Shown here in pieces: positions 27,901-36,418 of a DNA stretch of 64,000 bases (within the stretch, counting starts at the first letter, position 1; every line of letters starts with the position of its first letter). The stretch spans positions 32,001 through 96,000 of the IMG/VR virus record IMGVR_UViG_3300046777_001715, one strand, 5' to 3'. The DNA comes from a virus. A program made the position numbers and the translations under genes. The notes below the pieces were generated by a model. The model did no database searches and was not told the origin of the DNA. It saw only the letters and a program-made list of their open reading frames with translations.

Positions 27901-30900
27901 TATAGGAGCTGATGATGAATATCTAGTTCACGCAATTACTCCTGCATTTAAAAAGAGAACAGCAAGCTTACCAGTTATGGGAAAGCAGTCCACCCCGTCA
28001 TTACCTAGAGAAAGATTTGATGAATTTAATATTTCAACAACATCAAAAGCTCCTTATCTTCAAGTTCTCCCTACAACATTTATAAAGAATACAAAAAGAT
28101 TTAATGATGCATTAAAAACTGGAGCAAGTCCAGATGATTTTAGAGAAGTAACTGGATCCGATATGGTCAGCTTCTTGGCCTTTTTAAAGGATCAAGGATT
28201 AAGGCCAGCACAAGCAAAAGCTTTAGCAGACAGAGCTGCAACACTTTTAAATCAAAAGGTTAAAAATTCCACAAACCCTATAACAGAAGAAGTATTTGGA
28301 GCAATGTTTAACCAATCAACTGTTAGAGCATTGCGTTCTGGGTTTATGCCTTCAATGCGTCCAGTAGTAAATACTTTTGGTTACGATAGACATTCAAGAA
28401 ACCGTGGACTTGAGCCAATGCCTTTCCAAAATGGAGTTACAAGACTTCCTGGTTATGGCGGAGGAGATACAATCCCAGCACTTCTTGAGCCAGGAGAGTC
28501 TGTTGTTACAAAAACAGCAACTGCTGGTAACGAAGGCGCAATTGCATTTATGAATGCTGGAGGAAAGATCCCTGGATTTGCTGGAGGAATTACAGCAATT
28601 GGAACTAAGATTAGTGCAATGAGAGCATCAAGAGCGGAAAAGCTTGCAGAGAATCCATTCTATAAGCCAATGGGAATGGGTGGAAATATTGCTGGATCTA
28701 TTGGCGGAGGAATAGCTGGAAGAATGACTGGGCTTCCAGGAGGAGAAATTGTAGGTTCAATAATTGGACCAGCAATTCTTTCAAGAATTATGGGTGTAAC
28801 AAAAGCTCTTTCTCTTGGAATTAAAACGGGAGCAGGATTTGTAAATACTCTTAAGATGATGGGAACTGCACTTAGAATAACTCCATGGGGATTGGCGGCA
28901 ACTGGTGTTGCAGCACTAGGACTTAAATTATTTAATATGTGGAAAACAGCTAAAGCGCAAAGCGATGCCGCAGCTCAATCATTTAAGGTAAATGAAAAGC
29001 TTGCAGGCCAATTGGGAATTAAATACACCACTTTGTCTGGAAAAATAAAATCTGCACAAGAAGATGCTAAGAGACAAAAGCAAATACTTCAAGCCGTTCT
29101 TGAAACCAATAGATTGGCAGGCGGAACAGGCGGACTTTCTATGACTATTAAAGAGCTTAAGGATATGCAGGCTCAAGCAAAGAAGTCTCAACCAGACGTA
29201 ATCAAGCTATTTGATGCAATGGATAGAAAAGATGTTGTTGCTAATGCTGCAGCAATGAAAGCACAATTAGTTGCAGGAGGAATGGCTGCAGATAAAGCAG
29301 CAAAGATGATATTTGCAATTATTACAGAATCTAATAAAGCATCTCAAGCAGTTGCTGCAATTTCTTCTAAGCCGTTTATGGAAATTAAAGATAAGGTTTC
29401 TGCAGCAACAGTTTCAGTAAGCACATTTAATAAAGCTATGGGCGTATATGGTGTAAATGGAAATGAATTGGCAGCAGCATTTGAAGGATCAATGGATGCA
29501 ATTGATGCTTACTACAATAGCTTAGTTGGGTCAAAAGACGAAACTGGAAAGATTATAACAGAAACAGAAGCTTTAAGAATGACAATGGAAAAGCTAAATG
29601 GTTCTGCTGCAACGAATAGGCAACTTGGACAATACAATTTAAATCTTATCCTTAAGCAAAAGCCAGAGCTTAAGGGAATTCTTTCTGCAACAGATTCAAC
29701 TGCAGATGCATATGCAAAGATTAAGCTATACACATCTGGAGTAGTAGATGATCTAAGCAAGATAAGTGGAATGCAAGCTCAAGCAATGCTTGCAGTTCAA
29801 AATGCTGTATCTCAAAATGCTACCGCTATGACAACAGATACCTCTATTAAGAATAACCCACTAGCTAGCTTAGCAGGACTCGGTGCAGAAGCAGCAAAAG
29901 CTTCTAAGACAGCTGCAGCACAAGCAGCCGCAGCATCAAGAGCTGCACAAAGAGATATCTCAAAAGAAGCAGCACTAATTGATAAGAAGATTGCTGCAAT
30001 TAAAAAAGAGGCGGATGCAAGAAAGAAAGCGCTTCAAGAGCAGCAAGATGCTGCAGACGTAGGACTTGCAATACAAGAACAGCAGCTTAGGTATCAAAAT
30101 GCTTTAGCAACTGGCAATATGAATGAGGCAGCTTCAGCTCAAATTGAAATTCAAAGACTTAGTGGTCAACATCAAAATAAGTTGGCTCAAACAGCAATTG
30201 AAGATAAGGCAAATAAAGATACAGAAGCTCTTCAAAATAAAAAGGCTGGACTGGAAGCATCACTTGCAGCTGCACAAAAAGCAGCAGCAGCAGCGGCAGA
30301 AAAAGCTTCTCTTGCTGCTGAAAGAGATTCAACAATTAAAACAATTCAGTCAACAATTGGAACTCTTATTACAAATGCTGGTCTTACAAACGATAAGGAC
30401 AAGATTGAGGCATACGGATACCAACTAAGAGATCAACTAGATGCACTCAGAAAGCTTGGAAAGGCTGGTGTAGCAGCAGCTAACGCTATTGCAATGCCAA
30501 CAACAATGTCTTACAACGGTTCATCATTAACAACAAAGCCACAGGATTATTCAAAGGTCATACAAGAACTTGCAAAGAAGAATCTTGAGTCTACAGCGGC
30601 AACTGGAAAGTTTAGTGGTTCTGTAGACGACTTTAAAAAAGCTGTTTCAGATTTCCAAATTGCAGCAGGTGGCGGAACATCAAAGTCAAGCGCTATCTCA
30701 ATTGATTACAATGCTAAGTATAGAAAAGACCCTAAAAAACAAAATATTCTAGATGATGATTCAAAGAAAGCAATTGTAAAAGATTATGGATTTAAGGCTG
30801 GACAGTATTTTGAATACGACGGAAGAGTTTATCGTGTTAAGTCAGCCACAGATATTGTGGCACAAAATTACGCAGAAGGTGGAGCAATTTACGGAGCAGG

Positions 30901-31249
30901 ATCATCAACATCAGATTCAATTCCAGCAATGCTTTCAAACGGAGAATTTGTTGTAAAGGCTTCAGCTGTTCAAAAGTATGGTGTCGGAACAATGGAAGCA
31001 ATTAATTCTATGAAATATGCTGCTGGAGGAATGGTTTCTTCATACGGTAGCGCAAATAAATATGCTACTGGAGGAAGAATTAGATTCAACGATGGCGGTA
31101 TGGCAGGAAATGCTATTGGAACTAATGTGGTAATAAATAATGACATTACTGTTAATGGAACTAATTTGACTGGACAAGAAATTGCACAGGCTATAATGGT
31201 AGAACAAAACAGACAAATTTCAATGTCTGGAAAGCAGAGGAACTTCTAA
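24959..31249 (+). CDS. Tape measure protein
   Basis: 2096 aa, Ala-rich and helical; TP901-like core and DSIPAMLSNGEFVV motif. Confidence 0.93.
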   Translation: MAENINTNITANADFSGLISQIHKAVSQLTLLQQKLGSSNVALTQQIAATNNAFSDVLRKSNQFNTHFVTLASDTEKFGKALDSGKLKLRDYYQHWQQYHRQAGGMIRDLAKQQTALQNAIVQPMGRNQKGQMQFNVHVPTGIDELANKTKLARTEMSILNKVMQDGSNSLINWGKNTQWAGRQLTVGLTVPMAAFGAAAAKAFREADQELVRLTKVYGGLSKTSDAELGKVRADAVATARELSSAYGVSFKETLSLAADIAATGKTGNELLGSIRETTRLTVLGEIDKQEAMKATLAIQNAFKQNTDELAKSINFLNAVENQTSTTLEDLVEAIPRAGTIVKGLGGGVEDLALMMVAMKEGGVDAASAANGLKSALGSLINPTKVAKEQFAGFGINLTQIVEGNAGNITATIMELQKAMEKLNPLQKQQAIETLFGKYQFARMGALFDNLGKQGSQTLQVLDLMKASTDDLAQVAGRELGMITESASGKYRRALESLKADLATVGEQFLGIATGLLNFANGVVNAFNKMPEPIKKMVTLLGGLTAVAGPIIMLTGVFANFLGYVMKGFSAIRAFFSHAEGFKLLTPEMMAANQAGTLVEKTFYSDATAAKVLTTALNGMRLEMQQIATLSRSGTVTAKPIIAGAAEGVGIASYDFAHYNPQSKLSEEARLAQTFHTSVPLDPSTNKKIGQNPQMMAMPGTTLPNVPGLTTINGASTAINAKEAAKWHTQMTVMAMRSKDEIMAVEKIIDSTGKLPAEFMADFSHILPKMEAITSTAAASSARVAAAAQAGILTVEKSQAALTAINAKMIERMNALSIASGVPLDRMTVVPGTGTTIATGTAIDKNTDYNMRSTLRSGAGRAGSITSKIAKAVGTSVRRIKFATGVTALGKFLPKFTDMRKAAAAAKMLREYSTRSGGIGGTRTPNLRPPKPGKRGRSGASTGKASESGMGTSFRDFSKRDSDLYEDSWWKEVGVTPTAKGIGADDEYLVHAITPAFKKRTASLPVMGKQSTPSLPRERFDEFNISTTSKAPYLQVLPTTFIKNTKRFNDALKTGASPDDFREVTGSDMVSFLAFLKDQGLRPAQAKALADRAATLLNQKVKNSTNPITEEVFGAMFNQSTVRALRSGFMPSMRPVVNTFGYDRHSRNRGLEPMPFQNGVTRLPGYGGGDTIPALLEPGESVVTKTATAGNEGAIAFMNAGGKIPGFAGGITAIGTKISAMRASRAEKLAENPFYKPMGMGGNIAGSIGGGIAGRMTGLPGGEIVGSIIGPAILSRIMGVTKALSLGIKTGAGFVNTLKMMGTALRITPWGLAATGVAALGLKLFNMWKTAKAQSDAAAQSFKVNEKLAGQLGIKYTTLSGKIKSAQEDAKRQKQILQAVLETNRLAGGTGGLSMTIKELKDMQAQAKKSQPDVIKLFDAMDRKDVVANAAAMKAQLVAGGMAADKAAKMIFAIITESNKASQAVAAISSKPFMEIKDKVSAATVSVSTFNKAMGVYGVNGNELAAAFEGSMDAIDAYYNSLVGSKDETGKIITETEALRMTMEKLNGSAATNRQLGQYNLNLILKQKPELKGILSATDSTADAYAKIKLYTSGVVDDLSKISGMQAQAMLAVQNAVSQNATAMTTDTSIKNNPLASLAGLGAEAAKASKTAAAQAAAASRAAQRDISKEAALIDKKIAAIKKEADARKKALQEQQDAADVGLAIQEQQLRYQNALATGNMNEAASAQIEIQRLSGQHQNKLAQTAIEDKANKDTEALQNKKAGLEASLAAAQKAAAAAAEKASLAAERDSTIKTIQSTIGTLITNAGLTNDKDKIEAYGYQLRDQLDALRKLGKAGVAAANAIAMPTTMSYNGSSLTTKPQDYSKVIQELAKKNLESTAATGKFSGSVDDFKKAVSDFQIAAGGGTSKSSAISIDYNAKYRKDPKKQNILDDDSKKAIVKDYGFKAGQYFEYDGRVYRVKSATDIVAQNYAEGGAIYGAGSSTSDSIPAMLSNGEFVVKASAVQKYGVGTMEAINSMKYAAGGMVSSYGSANKYATGGRIRFNDGGMAGNAIGTNVVINNDITVNGTNLTGQEIAQAIMVEQNRQISMSGKQRNF

Positions 31250-31707
31250 TGGCTACAGTATATCTTCCACAAGGGTCAGTATTGTTTATTGATAATTCAA
31301 CATCTGGCGCTGCAACATGGCAAAAGGTTACAGAGCATAATAGGTCTGCAATTGCAATGGATACAGAAAGATTTGAAAAGGTTCAAAGAATGTCCAACGG
31401 AACATTGAGAAAGATATTTATAGCTGACAAAAAAACATTTAATACTGCCTGGTCAATGTTGCCTTCATATAGTACAATGACAGTAGATGGTGGTTGGGGA
31501 GCAGAAGACATTAGGTCTTTCTATCATAGCGCAAAAGGTCAAGGAACATTTAAAATTAAGATTGCATATAGTGCAGCAAGAACTGAAGAATTTACAGTTT
31601 CGTTTACATCGGCTAACTTTACTATTGTAAAAAGAAACGTTAAGGCAAAAACATCTGACGCTGCACAAGAATTCTGGGATGTTAACTTTGCACTGGAAGA
31701 GGTATAA
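31249..31707 (+). CDS. Distal tail/minor tail protein
   Basis: Directly after the tape measure; ends W.V.F.LEEV. Confidence 0.65.
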   Translation: MATVYLPQGSVLFIDNSTSGAATWQKVTEHNRSAIAMDTERFEKVQRMSNGTLRKIFIADKKTFNTAWSMLPSYSTMTVDGGWGAEDIRSFYHSAKGQGTFKIKIAYSAARTEEFTVSFTSANFTIVKRNVKAKTSDAAQEFWDVNFALEEV

Positions 31708-33689
31708 TGATTCCAGTTGTGCAAGGGGTAAAAGACCTACTAAATAAAAATACATCTTTATCCATAGGGGCTGGTGCCACAATGGATATTAATGTCAACT
31801 CCATGGTTTCATTTACACCCACATCAATTACTGGAACAGAGTATCAAACAATTAATGGGCGTCAGCCATTTAAAAAGTTATTTCCTTTAGATACAATTAT
31901 TAAGCCTTCAAGACCACAGCTTGCTGGAATTAAATATGGAATTTCTGGAGACATTCAAACTAAAACATATGCTGATCCAAAATCGGTTGACTATAAGCCA
32001 TCTGCTCAATCTGCAAATGTTATTAAGTATAGAACTTACTTTCCAGGAAATTCTGTATACTATAAGTATTGGCTTACGCCTTTAAATACACCAGCATCAG
32101 TTTCAATTACTTACCCCAAAACAGTATACGCAAACAAGGTAACCCTTAAGTTTGAGATCAGCCACGCAACACCATCTGCTTGGACAATTAATATTGGCGG
32201 GACAACAGTGTCTGGTACTGCTGCAGACATTAAAAGCTTTACAAGTACTGGAAATGATGCAGGAACAGTTTCAATATATTACAATGGAACAACATGGTCA
32301 AAGAATGTTTCAGACTTAAACCTATCATCATTTAAATCATTTACCACTTTGGCTATGACAGCCACAAACCCAGGCGGATACATTGGGGTAATTGAACTGG
32401 CACCACATTATGTAACAGACATTTCCCAGTACATAGTGGACTTTGACCTAAGAAAAGAATCTTCTGCAAGTACAGAAGCGCTTGTTCCAGTTGGAAATAT
32501 TACTGCAAACTCACTAACCTTGAACTTAAACGCATATAGGGGAACAACTTCTTCAGGCACAATTCCATTTAAATCGTATTCCAAATCAGATGTGATTGAT
32601 ACATCAAATATTTATTTTCACAAAAATGCTGAAGTAAATCTATTTATTAAGCTGTATGATGCAGCAGGAGAGTCTTTAGATACTCGTGGAAAATATTATA
32701 GAATTCAGCAAGGAATATTCTATTTAGATCAATGGAGTATATCTGAGTTTGGAGATGCAACACTAGACTTACTAGATGCTGCAAAAACTTTGCAAGACAC
32801 ACTTGCTCCAGATTTATTGTGTGAGGGATACTCATCTATTGCGATTATTAGAAGGCTATTGGATTCTGTTGGATTTACAAATTACACTTTTAAGTACAAA
32901 GAAAATGATAACTCTATAATCTCTCCAAATTATTGGTGGTCGGATAGCACAGCAACTGTTTGGGAAAATCTTCAATCGTTGTGCAGGGACTCACAAATGA
33001 GTGCCTTTGTTGATGAATTTGGAACACTTCAGTTCTACACAAGGGAATACCTTTTTGGCACAGCTGACACATCCTGGACTTTTAGATATGATGCACTTAA
33101 AGATGCACAGCAAAACATATTAGAACATGCCAACATTGAATCTTTTAACAAGGTAGATCTTCCTTCAGCAAATCAGGTAAAGGTTGTTTACTACAGCACA
33201 GTTACATCTTCTTATGAGCAAAGCAGCGCACCTCTTTGGTCTTCTGGCACTTCTTGGCTTGCGGCGGCGGCCCTTACAGAAAATTTATTGGCAACAGACT
33301 TACCTACAACTACAACAAAAGTTTATATGACAATTAAACCAATAACATTAAATACACTTTCAGAAGAGCAGACTGTTTATAGTTTTTCTGGACATTTCCT
33401 TTTGGGGTCAGAAGTAATTGAATATGACGCAATTCAATATCAGTACACTGATATATCAACTGGATTACCAGCAACAATAGATGTTACTGGAGAGTCAGAT
33501 TTGTTAAAATATCGTGGCAAGGCAGCGATTGTACAAAATGGTCCAAAGTTTTCAACTACATTTGTCCCAAGCGGAAAATACAGAGTTAAAACAAGAGGAG
33601 CATTTGGAACAACAGTTGAAAATCACTATGTGAATGCAAAACAAGAAGCAGCTGGCTGGGTAGGAAAATCAGGGGCGGTGTGGAAATAA
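31707..33689 (+). CDS. Tail tip/hub protein (N-part)
   Basis: TVWENLQSLC.DSQMSAFVDEFG.LQF hub-like motif. Confidence 0.65.
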   Translation: MIPVVQGVKDLLNKNTSLSIGAGATMDINVNSMVSFTPTSITGTEYQTINGRQPFKKLFPLDTIIKPSRPQLAGIKYGISGDIQTKTYADPKSVDYKPSAQSANVIKYRTYFPGNSVYYKYWLTPLNTPASVSITYPKTVYANKVTLKFEISHATPSAWTINIGGTTVSGTAADIKSFTSTGNDAGTVSIYYNGTTWSKNVSDLNLSSFKSFTTLAMTATNPGGYIGVIELAPHYVTDISQYIVDFDLRKESSASTEALVPVGNITANSLTLNLNAYRGTTSSGTIPFKSYSKSDVIDTSNIYFHKNAEVNLFIKLYDAAGESLDTRGKYYRIQQGIFYLDQWSISEFGDATLDLLDAAKTLQDTLAPDLLCEGYSSIAIIRRLLDSVGFTNYTFKYKENDNSIISPNYWWSDSTATVWENLQSLCRDSQMSAFVDEFGTLQFYTREYLFGTADTSWTFRYDALKDAQQNILEHANIESFNKVDLPSANQVKVVYYSTVTSSYEQSSAPLWSSGTSWLAAAALTENLLATDLPTTTTKVYMTIKPITLNTLSEEQTVYSFSGHFLLGSEVIEYDAIQYQYTDISTGLPATIDVTGESDLLKYRGKAAIVQNGPKFSTTFVPSGKYRVKTRGAFGTTVENHYVNAKQEAAGWVGKSGAVWK

Positions 33690-35089
33690 TGGGAGTAGCA
33701 TGGGATGTACTAGATGGCGGTTACGCAGGATATACTTCTGCTGGTTCATATGGAGTAACTGATACTTCTTCTGCAACATATGATGGGGTTGAAGAAATTT
33801 CTTCTTATAATATAGACAAAGAATTTACTGTAGAAAGATCTTTGCTAACAGTAAATACAGATCAATCTGATAAAACAGTTTCAATTGTTTCTAAGGCTAC
33901 GTCTATATCAACAACAAGCCAGTACTACGCATTTGGAACAACAATGTTCTTTAAGCCTACACTAGAAGACTTAAAGCAGAATGCTGGGTTAGGATTTTTT
34001 ATTAGCGGGTCAGGAACAACTGGTTACTATGTTCAGATCAAAACCACATCTACTGCTGCAGCTCAAGGCGGTAACGAATTTAAATTTTTAAAGGTCTACA
34101 AAGGCAATATAACTCCTTTAGAAGATTCTCAGGGAGTTAAGGATGCCCAAAAATTAACTGCAGTATACAGTGGCTCTGCATATAAAATAGATGTTTACGT
34201 AAAAGTATCAGCAAATAGAATTGATTTTGTTGGATATGTAAATGGATTTAAAATAACAGCATCTGATACTGGAACAAAGTATACTGCTGCAGGAGTTACT
34301 TCTACAATAGCAAAGTTGCCAACCACTTCAAATGTTGGAATTTATGCAAGACAGGGTTCAGCGTCATTTGACTATGTTTACGCAATTCCAATTACAAAAG
34401 ACCAGTACGAAAATGCAGAGCTGTTTAATGTTTACCAAAGACAGTTCGCTAATACCGCAGTAACAAATTCATACGGCGACCTTTTTGTTACTGGAATTGG
34501 AAAGGTTGAACAAACAGAAAAGGGATACATAGAAGAGTTTGGCCCAGTTGCAAGAGAAATCAGAACCGTTAAAGTAAGGTATGATGCTACACCAGCGTAT
34601 CCAAAATATGCAACAACTGGAGTAAATAAAGCCGTAACAGTTATTGCTTCAAATCTTTCAACTTTTACTGGAGAAATGTATGTCCTAAATAATTCTGGAA
34701 CCTATGTTCCTCTGGATGATTCAGCAGGCACCTCCTTTGCTATTATTGGAAATAGCGTTGTTCAGTCTAGCCCACTTACATATACTGAGGAGACTTCAGA
34801 CCCATATTCTCCAGTAGAGCCAGTATCTTTTGATTCTCAATGGATTCAAAAAATAGATGACGCTAAAAATTTATATGACTGGATTACAAATCAGTGGAAA
34901 AATAAGCAAAGCGTAGTAAAGATAAAGACCTTTGCAAACCCACTAATTTCTGTTGGGGATGTAATATCGGTTAATTATCCATTTAATGGTTTAGACGGAA
35001 CTCAAAAATTTGTAGTAACAAATGTAACTCAATCATGGGGGGATGGATTAAATACCGAATTAGTAGCTAGATCTATTTATAGCTCATAA
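33689..35089 (+). CDS. Tail tip protein (C-part)
   Basis: TAATG coupling; C-terminal ANPLISVGDVISVNY hub motif. Confidence 0.6.
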   Translation: MGVAWDVLDGGYAGYTSAGSYGVTDTSSATYDGVEEISSYNIDKEFTVERSLLTVNTDQSDKTVSIVSKATSISTTSQYYAFGTTMFFKPTLEDLKQNAGLGFFISGSGTTGYYVQIKTTSTAAAQGGNEFKFLKVYKGNITPLEDSQGVKDAQKLTAVYSGSAYKIDVYVKVSANRIDFVGYVNGFKITASDTGTKYTAAGVTSTIAKLPTTSNVGIYARQGSASFDYVYAIPITKDQYENAELFNVYQRQFANTAVTNSYGDLFVTGIGKVEQTEKGYIEEFGPVAREIRTVKVRYDATPAYPKYATTGVNKAVTVIASNLSTFTGEMYVLNNSGTYVPLDDSAGTSFAIIGNSVVQSSPLTYTEETSDPYSPVEPVSFDSQWIQKIDDAKNLYDWITNQWKNKQSVVKIKTFANPLISVGDVISVNYPFNGLDGTQKFVVTNVTQSWGDGLNTELVARSIYSS

Positions 35090-35090
35090 A

Positions 35091-35099
35091 TGGTATAAT
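35091..35099 (+). promoter_or_regulatory. Extended -10 TGGTATAAT, leaderless transcript
   Basis: ATG 35106 lies 7 nt downstream; no SD. Confidence 0.65.
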
Positions 35100-35105
35100 A
35101 AAAAA

Positions 35106-35546
35106 ATGGCCAAAGATAATGTTTCAAGTAATGAAGTCGGGAAGAATGCCCCGATATTCCTTGTTGAAGGCTCCCCAGAATTAGTAGATATTGATCCTTT
35201 ATTTGTTAGAATAGTAGGATCTGGAAAACTAAAAAACTATGGTGGAGACGCATATTGGGGAAGCGGAGAATCTCTTGGCGGAAGTAGCGGTAACCCAAGC
35301 CCAATTCCAGTTCCAATTCCAAGCCCAGGTGAACCACCAGTAGACCCTTGGTTAGACCCAGATCCAGGAAAAGCAGATTACGTAATTACAGTAGTTGGTT
35401 TTCCGCCAGATCTTTCAGATATACAAATAAAAAGCCAGGAGGTTGATTTCAGCGTTACACCACCAAGAATTAATGTAACATTTAGAGTACGTAATTCAAC
35501 TGGAAGACAAGTCGTAGGACTGAATGCGCTGGTGCCAAAACAATGA
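35106..35546 (+). CDS. Minor tail protein with Pro-rich linker
   Basis: PSPIPVPIPSPGEPPVDP linker; tail module. Confidence 0.55.
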   Translation: MAKDNVSSNEVGKNAPIFLVEGSPELVDIDPLFVRIVGSGKLKNYGGDAYWGSGESLGGSSGNPSPIPVPIPSPGEPPVDPWLDPDPGKADYVITVVGFPPDLSDIQIKSQEVDFSVTPPRINVTFRVRNSTGRQVVGLNALVPKQ

Positions 35547-36418
35547 TAACTAAATTTGGAAAAAGATTTTTAGCACAATACTTAGCTGGCAATGTTAGAT
35601 TTCCTGCACAGGATCTAGCCGTTGGAATTGATTCAACTGCAGCAAACACAAACGGTAATGATACAAGGCTAGGATTTGAATTTTACAGGCTGCCAGTAAC
35701 ACTGGGTACAATTGACATTCAGACAGACGAAAATGGAAATAGTACATACGCTGTAGTTTATAAAACAACACTTCCTCAAGACGTTGCTGGTAAAATTACA
35801 GAGATAGGGCTATATCCTTCATCAAGAGATTCCATAAATAACTTCGACAGCAAGTTTATTTCAGACTTTGAGAATAATTTGGTTTGGGTAGACGAGAATG
35901 AAATTAATCCAGAAATTGTAAGTACACCTTCTCCAAGAATTGGTGCAACAATGTTTAAGGTTGAAGCACCTTCATCTTCAAGTAAGGAATATAAATCAAA
36001 ATATGATTCATTCAATATGTCTGGGTACAGCACAAACGACACCGTCACCCTTGCATTTAATCAGGCGGATTTAAATCTTTTATCTATTAAGATTAAGTTC
36101 TATAGTTCAGATACAAGCTATTTGTATGCAACATTAAATAATCTAACAACAGTTGGCGAAAATATAAAAAGCATTAGCGTTGGTTCTTTGTTGACTTCTG
36201 GAACTCCAGACCTAACTTCTATTACAAAAGTTGGCTTAGAAGTAACGGCAAAAAGCACTGGCACCACAGTTGTTTATTTAGATGGATTAAGAATTAATGA
36301 CGAGGACACCTTTGACCCAAGATTCGGATTGATTGCACGTTCTGTTTTATCATCAACTTTAGAAAAGAAAGCTGGAAGACCAGCAGACATTGAATATAGA
36401 ATGGGACTTAATTTCTGA
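35543..36418 (+). CDS. Minor tail/baseplate protein
   Basis: MITKFGKRFLAQYLAG ... DTRLGFEFYRLP ... ITEIGLY. Confidence 0.65.
   Translation: MITKFGKRFLAQYLAGNVRFPAQDLAVGIDSTAANTNGNDTRLGFEFYRLPVTLGTIDIQTDENGNSTYAVVYKTTLPQDVAGKITEIGLYPSSRDSINNFDSKFISDFENNLVWVDENEINPEIVSTPSPRIGATMFKVEAPSSSSKEYKSKYDSFNMSGYSTNDTVTLAFNQADLNLLSIKIKFYSSDTSYLYATLNNLTTVGENIKSISVGSLLTSGTPDLTSITKVGLEVTAKSTGTTVVYLDGLRINDEDTFDPRFGLIARSVLSSTLEKKAGRPADIEYRMGLNF

Noticed and set aside
31700-31709. GGTATAATG as a promoter (also at 43380)
   Set aside because: Explained by a GTA codon plus a TAATG stop-start overlap.
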